A stretch of 64,000 bases of DNA from Nemertoderma westbladi. Its lineage: Eukaryota; Animalia; Xenacoelomorpha. The notes below the pieces were generated by a model, which did not search any database, was not told the origin of the DNA, and saw only the letters and a list, made by a program, of their open reading frames with translations. Below are positions 52,001 to 62,582 of the stretch, piece by piece (the stretch's first letter is position 1; every line of letters starts with the position of its first letter). The position numbers and the translations under genes are program-made. Where the stretch lies: contig JAUCBJ010004906.1 of the NCBI GenBank assembly GCA_032718475.1, positions 37,156 to 101,155 of the forward strand, given 5' to 3'.

Positions 52001-55000
52001 AACCTAAAATAATAGAATACAGAGGAACCAGTACTTGTACAACCTAAAATAATAGAATACAGAGGAACCAGTACTTGTACAACCTAAAATAATAGAATAC
52101 AGAGGAACCAGTACTTGTACAACCTAAAATAATAGAATACAGAGGAACCAGTACTTGCACAACCTAAAATAATAGAATACAGAGTCTGAACCAGTACTTA
52201 TACAACCTAAAATAATAGAATATAGAGGAACCAGTACTTGTACAACCTAAAATAATAGAATACAGAGGAACCAGTACTTGCACAACCTAAAATAATAGAA
52301 TATAGAGTGGCCAGTACTTGTACAACCTAAAATAATAGAATACAGAGGAACCAGTACTTGTACAACCTAAAATAATAGAATACAGAGGAACCAGTACTTG
52401 TACAACCTAAAATAATATAATACAGAGGAACCAGTACTTGTACAACCTAAAATAACAGAATACAGAGGAACCAGTACTTGTACAACCTAAAATAATAGAA
52501 TACAGAGGAACCAGTACTTGTATAACCTAAAATAATAGAATACAGAGGAACCAGTACTTGTACAACCTAAAATAATAGAATACAGAGGAACCAGTACTTG
52601 TACAACCTAAAATAATAGAATACAGAGGAACCAGTACTTGTACAACCTAAAATAATAGAATACAGAGGAACCAGTACTTGTACAACCTAAAATAATAGAA
52701 TACAGAGGAACCAGTACTTGTATAACCTAAAATAATAGAATACAGAGGAACCAGTACTTGTACAACCTAAAATAATAGAATACAGAGGAACCAGTACTTG
52801 TACAACCTAAAATAATGGAATACAGAGGAACCAGTACTTGTACAACCTAAAATAATATAATACAGAGGAACCAGTACTTGTACAACCTAAAATAACAGAA
52901 TACAGAGGAACCAGTACTTGTACAACCTAAAATAATAGAATACAGAGGAACCAGTACTTGTATAACCTAAAATAATAGAATACAGAGGAACCAGTACTTG
53001 TACAACCTAAAATAATAGAATACAGAGGAACCAGTACTTGTACAACCTAAAATAATAGAATACAGAGGGGCCAGTACTTGTACAACCTAAAATAATAGAA
53101 TACAGAGGAACCAGTACTTGCACAACCTAAAATAATAGAATACAGAGGGGCCAGTACTTGTACAACCTAAAATAATAGAATACAGAGGAACCAGTACTTG
53201 TATAACCTAAAATAATAGAATACAGAGGGGCCAGTACTTGAACAACCTAAAATAATAGAATGCAGAGGAACCAGTACTTGTACAACCTAAAATAATAGAA
53301 TACAGAGGAACCAGTACTTGTACAACCTAAAATAATAGAATACAGAGGAACCAGTACTTGTACAACCTAAAATAATAGAATACAGAGGGGCCAGTACTTG
53401 CACAACCTAAAATAATAGAATACAGAGGAACCAGTACTTGTACAACCTAAAATAATAGAATACAGAGGAACCAGTACTTGTACAACCTAAAATAATAGAA
53501 TACAGAGGAACCAGTACTTGAACAACCTAAAATAATAGAATACAGAGGAACCAGTACTTGTACAACCTAAAATAATAGAATACAGAGGAACCAGTACTTG
53601 TACAACCTAAAATAATAGAATACAGAGGGGCCAGTACTTGCACAACCTAAAATAATAGAATACAGAGGAACCAGTACTTGTACAACCTAAAATAATAGAA
53701 TACAGAGGAACCAGTACTTGTACAACCTAAAATAATAGAATACAGAGGAACCAGTACTTGTACAACCTAAAATAATAGAATACAGAGGGGCCAGTACTTG
53801 CACAACCTAAAATAATAGAATACAGAGGAACCAGTACTTGTACAACCTAAAATAATAGAATACAGAGGAACCAGTACTTGTACAACCTAAAATAATAGAA
53901 TACAGAGGGGCCAGTACTTGAACAACCTAAAATAATAGAATGCAGAGGAACCAGTACTTGTACAACCTAAAATAATAGAATACAGAGGAACCAGTACTTG
54001 TACAACCTAAAATAATAGAATACAGAGGAACCAGTACTTGTACAACCTAAAATAATAGAATACAGAGGGGCCAGTACTTGCACAACCTAAAATAATAGAA
54101 TACAGAGGAACCAGTACTTGTACAACCTAAAATAATAGAATACAGAGGAACCAGTACTTGTACAACCTAAAATAATAGAATACAGAGGAACCAGTACTTG
54201 CACAACCTAAAATAATAGAATACAGAGGAACCAGTACTTGTACAACCTAAAATAATAGAATATAGAGTGGCCAGTACTTGTACAACCTAAAATAATAGAA
54301 TACAGAGGAACCAGTACTTGTACAACCTAAAATAATAGAATACAGAGGAACCAGTACTTGTACAACCTAAAATAATAGAATACAGAGGAACCAGTACTTG
54401 TACAACCTAAAATAATAGAATACAGAGGAACCAGTACTTGTACAACCTAAAATAATAGAATACAGAGGAACCAGTACTTGTACAACCTAAAATAATAGAA
54501 TACAGAGGAACCAGTACTTGCACAACCTAAAATAATAGAATACAGAGGAACCAGTACTTGCACAACCTAAAATAATAGAATATAGAGTGGCCAGTACTTG
54601 TACAACCTAAAATAATATAATACAGAGGAACCAGTACTTGTACAACCTAAAATAACAGAATACAGAGGAACCAGTACTTGTACAACCTAAAATAATAGAA
54701 TACAGAGGAACCAGTACTTGTATAACCTAAAATAATAGAATACAGAGGAACCAGTACTTGTACAACCTAAAATAATAGAATACAGAGGAACCAGTACTTG
54801 TATAACCTAAAATAATAGAATACAGAGGAACCAGTACTTGTACAACCTAAAATAATAGAATACAGAGGAACCAGTACTTGTACAACCTAAAATAATAGAA
54901 TACAGAGGGGCCAGTACTTGAACAACCTAAAATAATAGAATGCAGAGGAACCAGTACTTGTACAACCTAAAATAATAGAATACAGAGGAACCAGTACTTG

Positions 55001-58000
55001 TACAACCTAAAATAATAGAATACAGAGGAACCAGTACTTGTACAACCTAAAATAATAGAATACAGAGGAACCAGTACTTGTACAACCCAAAATAATAGAA
55101 TATAGAGGAACCAGTACTTGCACAACCTAAAATAATAGAATACAGAGGGGCCAGTACTTGAACAACCTAAAATAATAGAATGCAGAGGAACCAGTACTTG
55201 TACAACCTAAAATAATAGAATACAGAGGAACCAGTACTTGTACAACCTAAAATAATAGAATACAGAGGAACCAGTACTTGTACAACCTAAAATAATAGAA
55301 TACAGAGGAACCAGTACTTGTACAACCTAAAATAATAGAATACAGAGGAACCAGTACTTGTACAACCTAAAATAATAGAATACAGAGGAACCAGTACTTG
55401 TACAACCTAAAATAATAGAATACAGAGGAACCAGTACTTGTACAACCTAAAATAATAGAATACAGAGGAACCAGTACTTGTACAACCTAAAATAATAGAA
55501 TACAGAGGGGCCAGTACTTGAACAACCTAAAATAATAGAATGCAGAGGAACCAGTACTTGTACAACCTAAAATAATAGAATACAGAGGAACCAGTACTTG
55601 TACAACCTAAAATAATAGAATACAGAGGAACCAGTACTTGCACAACCTAAAATAATAGAATACAGAGGAACCAGTACTTGTACAACCTAAAATAATAGAA
55701 TACAGAGGAACCAGTACTTGTACAACCTAAAATAATAGAATACAGAGGAACCAGTACTTGTACAACCTAAAATAATAGAATACAGAGGGGCCAGTACTTG
55801 AACAACCTAAAATAATAGAATGCAGAGGAACCAGTACTTGTACAACCTAAAATAATAGAATACAGAGGAACCAGTACTTGTACAACCTAAAATAATAGAA
55901 TACAGAGGAACCAGTACTTGCACAACCTAAAATAATAGAATACAGAGGAACCAGTACTTGTACAACCTAAATAATAGAATATAGAGTGGCCAGTACTTGT
56001 AATACCTAAAATAATAGAATACAGAGGAACCAGTACTTGTACAACCTAAAATAATAGAATACAGAGGAACCAGTACTTGTACAACCTAAAATAATAGAAT
56101 ACAGAGGAACCAGTACTTGTACAACCTAAAATAATAGAATACAGAGGAACCAGTACTTGCACAACCTAAAATAATAGAATACAGAGGAACCAGTACTTGT
56201 ACAACCTAAAATAATAGAATACAGAGGAACCAGTACTTGCACAACCTAAAATAATAGAATACAGAGGAACCAGTACTTGTACAACCTAAAATAATAGAAT
56301 ACAGAGGAACCAGTACTTGTACAACCTAAAATAATAGAATACAGAGGAACCAGTACTTGCACAACCTAAAATAATAGAATACAGAGGAACCAGTACTTGT
56401 ACAACCTAAAATAATAGAATGCAGAGGAACCAGTACTTGTACAACCTAAAATAATAGAATACAGAGGAACCAGTACTTGTACAACCTAAAATAATAGAAT
56501 ACAGAGGAACCAGTACTTGCACAACCTAAAATAATAGAATACAGAGGAACCAGTACTTGTACAACCTAAAATAATAGAATGCAGAGGAACCAGTACTTGT
56601 ACAACCTAAAATAATAGAATACAGAGGAACCAGTACTTGTACAACCTAAAATAATAGAATACAGAGGAACCAGTACTTACCTGGCATTGATTAGGTTCTA
56701 TTAACTCCCAGAACTGGCTGTTCAGTAAATTCTCTTGGAGGTATATACAGAATCCCAGATAGTTTTTGGCCGAATGTTCTAGAACACCAGCTTTTAGACA
56801 AACAAGTCTGATAATCCGAATGAAGTGATATCGAACCAACGGGGTGTGGTATCTGTGGATATGGGAGGAAATTGTTCATTTAATTAATTTAAATTTATTT
56901 ATTATAACAAATTTAAACAAACAAAATAACAATATTAAATGATGGATATCTATTCGATACTCTTACTTTAGTAGGTAGAGTGGTCAATCACTTTGGTTCT
57001 ACCTAGGATGTCCGGGGTTCGATCCCGTGCCGAACCAGTTACAATTCCGTAACTGATCCGTCAACCCAGCGATATGGGGACTTGGTTTCTGTTGGCGGAG
57101 TACAGAATAAGGTAAAAGGTAAAAGGAACCAAAAGTGCAGCTGATATTCTGACATTATTTTACTTTATTATCTGAATAATAAAGATAATATTTCACTGAC
57201 TTGGCCAATAAGTGAAGCAAGGCGTACAGAAGTCGGTTAGTGTTGGGGAAGTCGGTTCTATCGAATTTAAATCTCCCGCGACTTGTCTCCCAGTAGGTGT
57301 CCTTACCAGACGGGGGGTGGCAGACCACCTCAACGTTGTCGTCAAGGTTGTCTATGACGAGCGCTCTGAAAATAAAATAAACTCGAAACCATGGAAACAG
57401 TAGGAATTGTTTTGCGATCACTCGGCTAGATGGTATTTTGAGGAACTGGTTTCATAAACTGTTTCTTTATTACATTTATTGTTTTTTCTTCAAAATCTAT
57501 TTTATTTCATGACCGAAGAGAGAAACGATAGACGCGGTAACGAAAACGCAGTAATATAAATATTATAATAATAATATTATATAAAATTTTCAAATACTTA
57601 TTTCAGTAATTTTCTTTGTGAACAAAAGTAATTATTTATTACATGGGGAAAAATTAGCTCGATAAATTCTATTTACCGAGCGCCAGCGAAGTTAATAAAG
57701 TGTCGATAGAATATTGAAAAAAATGCTACGTTTTTCCCATGTAATACGTAATTATTATATTCTTAAATTGGTACTTTTTTTGCTGCTCAAATCTTTAATA
57801 AAACATAGAGCGATATAGTGTTACAAAATAAATTGAGCTGCAGTATTTTACTATATTGCTTCCATAGTTACAGCGTTTCATATTATTGTACTCTGCAACT
57901 CCGGATTCTGCCTTACTCAATGTTAAATGATTTAGTGTCCTCGAATATTTATAAGGTAAGTTCTAAGCAACTAAAGTTACAATAACTTTTCAGTGTGTGG

Positions 58001-61000
58001 ATGGATTTTAAGTAAATTACTTGCAAACCTTAAACCTTTTCTATTTCGATGCTCTTTCAACTTTAAGAAATTTAATAAATTCCACAAAAAATATTTAAAT
58101 TTACTTTTTTTCGCCGGGAATAGAATTAAAATCAATGCAATCCTATGGGATACTTTTTTCCCTAAGAAAGTAGGCCTACCTACCCCCTTTTCACCCGATT
58201 TTTGGGTATATTCGAGCGAAATTTAACTGGCTAAATAAATTGTAAACCATCAGAATTAAAATGCTCAAAGAATATAATTTTCAGTAACAAATTGGTTACC
58301 TGGATACGGTACACTTCGCCTTGGCAACGTGAGACTCGTCCACCGGGATCGATTGGGCTGTAGCCATGGTAACTATTTCATTGGGCAATATAGATACAGT
58401 TTCAACGTGGTCGTTGGACATGGCGTGGACTGTTGCCATGAGAACTCCGGACACTAGTTTGGGACGGATGGAAGGGAGACCTGTGGAAGATGGTCCTTCA
58501 TTATTAAATGTTTATGATAAGTATTATTAATGTGACAGAAATAACTGTAAATCATAAGGGAGCATCCATAAAGGACATCCGAGGTCTGGACATCTTCAGA
58601 GAGGGGTGAGGGGGGGGGGGGGGGGGGGGGGGTGTTGGCTAAATTCGGACGTCCGATATTTTTATTTTTTAGATTTATTATAATATACTATTAATTTATC
58701 AAACTTAAACAATTTCAAAATTTATTACAAAATTATATCATAATCGTGACTTTCACACCAAAATAACATCATGAATTTTGATAAATTCATCTGGCACCCA
58801 TACAGCCGACTCTAATGTTGTTAGCTACAATAGATCCAGCAATTAGGTCTATTTCATTACAGAACCAACCTATATCTGACATGGCGGTTGACTCAGGATC
58901 CAGGGTACTAGCCGTTGTTTTGGGAGTTCCGAATATAGAGGTACAATCACTTTCAGCGTACTGAGTATCGAAATCCTGATTCACATCATCTTCGGTCTTC
59001 CGAGCGATGGCGATTTCAGTCCTGTGAGAAACAACCGGTAGAGTGACATATATCCGGACCGACAACCAATACATACAGACGTGAGAAACAACCGGTAGAG
59101 TGACAGATATCCGGTCCGACAACCAATACATACAGACGTGAGAAACAACTGGTAGAGTAACAGATATCCGGTCCGACAACCAATACATACAGACGTGAGA
59201 AACAACCGGTAGAGTAACAGATATCCGGTCCGACAACCAATACATACAGACGTGAGAAACAACCGGTAGAGTAACAGATATCCGGTCCGACAACCAATAC
59301 ATACAGACGTGAGAAACAACCGGTAGAGTAACAGATATCCGGTCCGACAACCAATACATACAGACGTGAGAAACAACCGGTATAGTAACAGATATCCGGT
59401 CCGACAACCAATACATACAGACGTGAGAAACAACCGGTAGAGTAACAGATATCCGGACAGACAACCAATACATACAGACGTGAGAAACAACTGGTAGAGT
59501 AACAGATATCCGGTCCGACAACCAATACATACAGACGTGAGAAACAACCGGTAGAGTAACAGATATCCGGTCCGACAACCAATACATACAGACGTGAGAA
59601 ACAACCGGTAGAGTAACAGATATCCGGACAGACAACCAATACATACAGACGTGAGAAACAACTGGTAGAGTAACAGATATCCGGTCCGACAACCAATACA
59701 TACAGACGTGAGAAACAACCGGTAGAGTAACAGATATCCGGTCCGACAACCAATACATACAGACGTGAGAAACAACCGGTAGAGTAACAGATATCCGGTC
59801 CGACAACCAATACATACAGACGTGAGAAACAACCGGTATAGTAACAGATATCCGGTCCGACAACCAATACATACAGACGTGAGAAACAACCGGTAGAGTA
59901 ACAGATATCCGGACAGACAACCAATACATACAGACGTGAGAAACAACTGGTAGAGTAACAGATATCCGGTCCGACAACCAATACATACAGACGTGAGAAA
60001 CAACCGGTAGAGTAACAGATATCCGGTCCGACAACCAATACATACAGACGTGAGAAACAACCGGTAGAGTAACAGATATCCGGACAGACAACCAATACAT
60101 ACAGACGTGAGAAACAACTGGTAGAGTAACAGATATCCGGTCCGACAACCAATACATACAGACGTGAGAAACAACCGGTAGAGTAACAGATATCCGGTCC
60201 GACAACCAATACATACAGACGTGAGAAACAACCGGTAGAGTAACAGATATCCGGACAGACAACCAATACATACAGACGTGAGAAACAACTGGTAGAGTAA
60301 CAGATATCCGGTCCGACAACCAATACATACAGACGTGAGAAACAACCGGTAGAGTAACAGATATCCGGTCCGACAACCAATACATACAGACGTGAGAAAC
60401 AACCGGTAGAGTAACAGATATCCGGTCCGACAACCAATACATACAGACGTGAGAAACAACCGGTATAGTAACAGATATCCGGTCCGACAACCAATACATA
60501 CAGACGTGAGAAACAACCGGTAGAGTAACAGATATCCGGACAGACAACCAATACATACAGACGTGAGAAACAACTGGTAGAGTGACAGATATCCGGACCG
60601 ACAACCAATACATACAGACGTGAGAAACAACCGGTAGAGAAACAGATATCCGGACCGACAACCAATACATACAGACGTGAGAAACAACTGGTAGAGTGAC
60701 AGATATCCGGTCCGACAACCAATACATACAGACGTGAGAAACAACCGGTAGAGTAACAGATATCCGGACAGACAACCAATACATACAGACGTGAGAAACA
60801 ACTGGTAGAGTGACAGATATCCGGTCCGACAACCAATACATACAGACGTGAGAAACAACCGGTAGAGAAACAGATATCCGGACCGACAACCAATACATAC
60901 AGACGTGAGAAACAACCGGTAGAGTAACAGATATCCGGTCCGACAACCAATACATACAGACGTGAGAAACAACCGGTAGAGTAACAGATATCCGGTCCGA

Positions 61001-62127
61001 CAACCAATACATACAGACGTGAGAAACAACTGGTAGAGTGACAGATATCCGGACAGACAACCAATACATACAGACGTGAGAAACAACTGGTAGAGTAACA
61101 GATATCCGGTCCGACAACCAATACATACAGACGTGAGAAACAACTGGTAGAGTAACAGATATCCGGTCCGACAACCAATACATACATACAGACGTGAGAA
61201 ACAACCGGTAGAGTAACAGATATCCGGTCCGACAACCAATACATACAGACGTGAGAAACAACTGGTAGAGTGACAGATATCCGGACAGACAACCAATACA
61301 TACAGACGTGAGAAACAACTGGTAGAGTAACAGATATCCGGTCCGACAACCAATACATACAGACGTGAGAAACAACCGGTAGAGTAACAGATATCCGGAC
61401 CGACAACCAATACATACAGACGTGAGAAACAACTGGTAGAGTGACAGATATCCGGACAGACAACCAATACATACAGACGTGAGAAACAACTGGTAGAGTA
61501 ACAGATATCCGGTCCGACAACCAATACATACAGACGTGAGAAACAACCGGTAGAGTAACAGATATCCGGACCGACAACCAATACATACAGACGTGAGAAA
61601 CAACTGGTAGAGTGACAGATATCCGGACCGACAACCAATACATACAGACGTGAGAAACAACCGGTAGAGAAACAGATATCCGAACCGACAACCAATACAT
61701 ACAGACGTGAGAAACAACTGGTAGAGTGACAGATATCCGGACCGACAACCAATACACACATACGTGAGAAACAACGTGAGAAAAAAAATGTTGAATATAA
61801 ATTAGGGGAAAAGAGCAGGTTACAGAAAATAACGATATGATATTCTAACCAAAACAATAAACGTGAATCAATAGCATAGATTACAATATAATCATTTTTG
61901 GTGGTAATCAGTGTTGATTTTATCCCGGAGAGGGGTGAATTTTGATTGCGTAGAGTCCCCCCCCCCCCCCCCACCTCCCATCTGTAATGTACACACCTTG
62001 GAGATATGTATGTGAGCAGATCCATAGTGAGTTCCAACCAGGCGGCCACTAGGTGGCAGGCTGAACATGTATCCATCTGTACCAACTCGTTCTTACATGT
62101 GTGGTTACCACCCCATGGAATCCGTAC
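15960..62127 (-). CDS. UNC79: UNC79 (NALCN channelosome subunit) orthologue, 11 internal exons: 62127-61997, 59021-58870, 58480-58300, 57365-57201, 56852-56681, 32190-32008, 31653-31401, 19522-19372, 19036-18890, 17189-17019, 16093-15960. Incomplete at both ends.
   Basis: All exons are bounded by AG/GT with matching phases (1840 nt joined, no stop). Motifs WETSRGRFKF, CGADVFWRLV...DWRKRF, CLESQFDSVVDDRPMIL, SWQFFLGRFDTLSLE and ISLLMKFM...KAMNTVIRHLNVLLG match the unc-79 family as I recall it. Confidence 0.9.
16310..16570. mobile_element. Dispersed AT-rich repeat, with an inverted copy at about 57600-57865
   Basis: TATAGTAAAATACT...TTTATTTTGTAACACTATATCGCTCTATGTTTTATT...AAAGTACCAATTTAAGAATA...GGCGCTCGGTAAATA is reverse-complemented at about 57670-57860. 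Confidence 0.75.
17019..17189 (-). CDS. UNC79: UNC79 exon
   Basis: TTTACAG|...LFSNEKQKAHSLDEFTNRM...MSHVD AG|GTGGGT; phase 2/2 fits both neighbours. Confidence 0.8.
17293..17540 (+). mobile_element. tRNA-derived SINE
   Basis: A-box TGGTGTAGTGG, B-box GGTTCGACCC, no intact cloverleaf; 3' GGGACCGCACTGGAAATAAG...GTGCG.AATCCC stem-loop resembles a LINE-derived tail. Confidence 0.65.
17655..18906 (-). repeat. 27-bp tandem array (about 46 copies) duplicating an UNC79 donor junction
   Basis: Minus-strand unit GTAAGTTACAGACACAGCTGTGTGTGG; exon end GACACAGCTGTGTGTGG|GTAAGT at 18890/18889. Confidence 0.96.
18890..19036 (-). CDS. UNC79: UNC79 exon
   Basis: CCACAG|...SRTQSVRSLRAEFVGRLPFRRGVSSP...DTAVC GG|GTAAGT. 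Confidence 0.82.
19372..19522 (-). CDS. UNC79: UNC79 exon
   Basis: TTCTAG|GT CGT TTC GAC: RFDTLSLESHLD...KKLRRAKFA AG|GTGAGA. Confidence 0.88.
19506..19719 (-). repeat. 35-37-bp array, exon-proximal part, duplicating an UNC79 acceptor junction
   Basis: Minus-strand unit GTCGTCTTTACACGCTTATTTTATACTTTTGTTGTAG versus the real junction TTTTGTTCTAG|GTCGTTTCGACACGCTT. Confidence 0.93.
20275..21885. repeat. 42-bp minisatellite inside the transposon
   Basis: Unit CACAGATCCTCCTGTACTTCCCACTCCGTCTCCCACACCCTC, degenerating toward 22030. Confidence 0.95.
22258..22560 (-). pseudogene. Transposase remnant
   Basis: KIRWIYLEAGHGKGPADGVGGTIKRTL; truncated, with no full-length ORF. Confidence 0.72.
23469..29425 (-). 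repeat. 38-bp array, distal continuation of the acceptor-derived array (about 140 copies), interrupted by a duplicated transposon end at 23896-24483
   Basis: Plus-strand unit CTACAACAAAAGTATAAAATAAGCGTGTAAAAACAAAA, the same family as 19506-19719. Confidence 0.96.
23896..24910. repeat. 1015-bp tandem duplication of 22881-23895 (transposon end plus adjacent array)
   Basis: Near-identical sequence at offset 1015, including a second TIR+ATAT ending at 24483-24487; twin ORFs 22818/23857 and 23179/24194. Confidence 0.93.
29939..30543. mobile_element. Palindromic (foldback) MITE with about 280-bp inverted arms, Tc1/mariner-like end
   Basis: TA|CACCATGTCCTAGAATATAGTGTCGTAATTCAGTGAC ... GTCACTGAATTACGACACTATATTCTGGGACAGGGTG; arms are nearly perfect around a short spacer at about 30220-30250. 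Confidence 0.88.
31401..31653 (-). CDS. UNC79: UNC79 exon
   Basis: TTTGCAG|VIQSALAHMF...CLESQFDSVVDDRPMIL...SWQFFL G|GTGAGT. Confidence 0.92.
32008..32190 (-). CDS. UNC79: UNC79 exon
   Basis: TTTTAG|VVQVLAPLIMHCVSMPCGADVFWRLV...VVTGNL|GTGAGT; 183 nt, phase 0/0. Confidence 0.92.
32171..56680 (-). repeat. 40-bp satellite (about 610 copies) making up an entire 24,490-bp UNC79 intron; each unit copies the acceptor junction
   Basis: Minus-strand unit GTTGTACAAGTACTGGTTCCTCTGTATTCTATTATTTTAG runs from the donor at 56680 to the acceptor at 32191. Confidence 0.98.
56681..56852 (-). CDS. UNC79: UNC79 exon
   Basis: CCACAG|...YHTPLVRYHF...YLQENLLNSQFWELIEPNQCQ|GTAAGT. Confidence 0.88.
56972..57115 (+). 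mobile_element. tRNA-derived SINE fragment
   Basis: A-box-like AGGTAGAGTGG and B-box GGTTCGATCCC, followed by GTCAACCCAGC...ATGGGGACTTGG; no intact cloverleaf. Confidence 0.55.
57201..57365 (-). CDS. UNC79: UNC79 exon
   Basis: TTTCAG|...ALVID...YWETSRGRFKF...LLHLLA AA|GTCAGT. Confidence 0.86.
58300..58480 (-). CDS. UNC79: UNC79 exon
   Basis: CCACAG|...LPSIRPKLVSGVLMATV...AKAKCTVS AG|GTAACC; open frame, phases 1/2. Confidence 0.82.
58870..59021 (-). CDS. UNC79: UNC79 exon
   Basis: CTCACAG|G ACT GAA...TEIAIARK...AMSDI G|GTTGGT; phases 2/1 fit both neighbours. Confidence 0.78.
59024..61780 (-). repeat. 57-bp array (about 48 copies) abutting an UNC79 acceptor
   Basis: Minus-strand unit GTCTGTATGTATTGGTTGTCGGACCGGATATCTGTTACTCTACCGGTTGTTTCTCAC; the last copy ends CTCAC-AG|exon. 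Confidence 0.97.
61997..62127 (-). CDS. UNC79: UNC79 exon (first one in window)
   Basis: TTTCTAG|VRIPWGGNHTCKNE...CSACHLVAAWLEL...YISP AG|GTGTGT. Confidence 0.83.
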
Positions 62128-62582
62128 CTAGAAAGAGACATAATTTTTTTATTTTTATTTACTCAGGATGTGTACCATTACTATCGATTGACTGAACTAT
62201 GCACTTCTACATAGTTACCAATTTAGTTTCCGGAGCAACGGAAATTTGAATAATAATTTCCCCATTTTTACTAGAATTTTGGCTGGTACAAAATGGGAAG
62301 CTTATTAACTCTACGTCTCTATAAAACGGGGGTGGATGTAACGCAGCCCATCAAATTTGTCGACCCCAAAAACCTTTATTCCCAAAAATACCCCTCCATA
62401 TGATGAACTATCGTGATTTTTAAACTAAAACAAACCGAGATAGAGCAATTAATGTGTAACACGCCAGTGTAAATATCAGGGTTGCTACACTCTTTCAGTT
62501 TCAATTTTCCCTGACTTTTTGAAAAATTATCTGACTTCAGATACACAAATTATTGGCAGCTTTATCTTATTCGTTCGCTTTA

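Noticed and set aside
32171-56680. CRISPR-like array (repeat length in range, palindromic AGTACT/TTGTACAA cores)
   Set aside because: Units are head-to-tail with no unique spacers, there are no cas genes, and the context is a eukaryotic intron.
58787-62085. Three overlapping ORFs of 913-1034 aa
   Set aside because: They arise from a stop-free 57-bp (3n) repeat. Only their unique ends coincide with real UNC79 exons.
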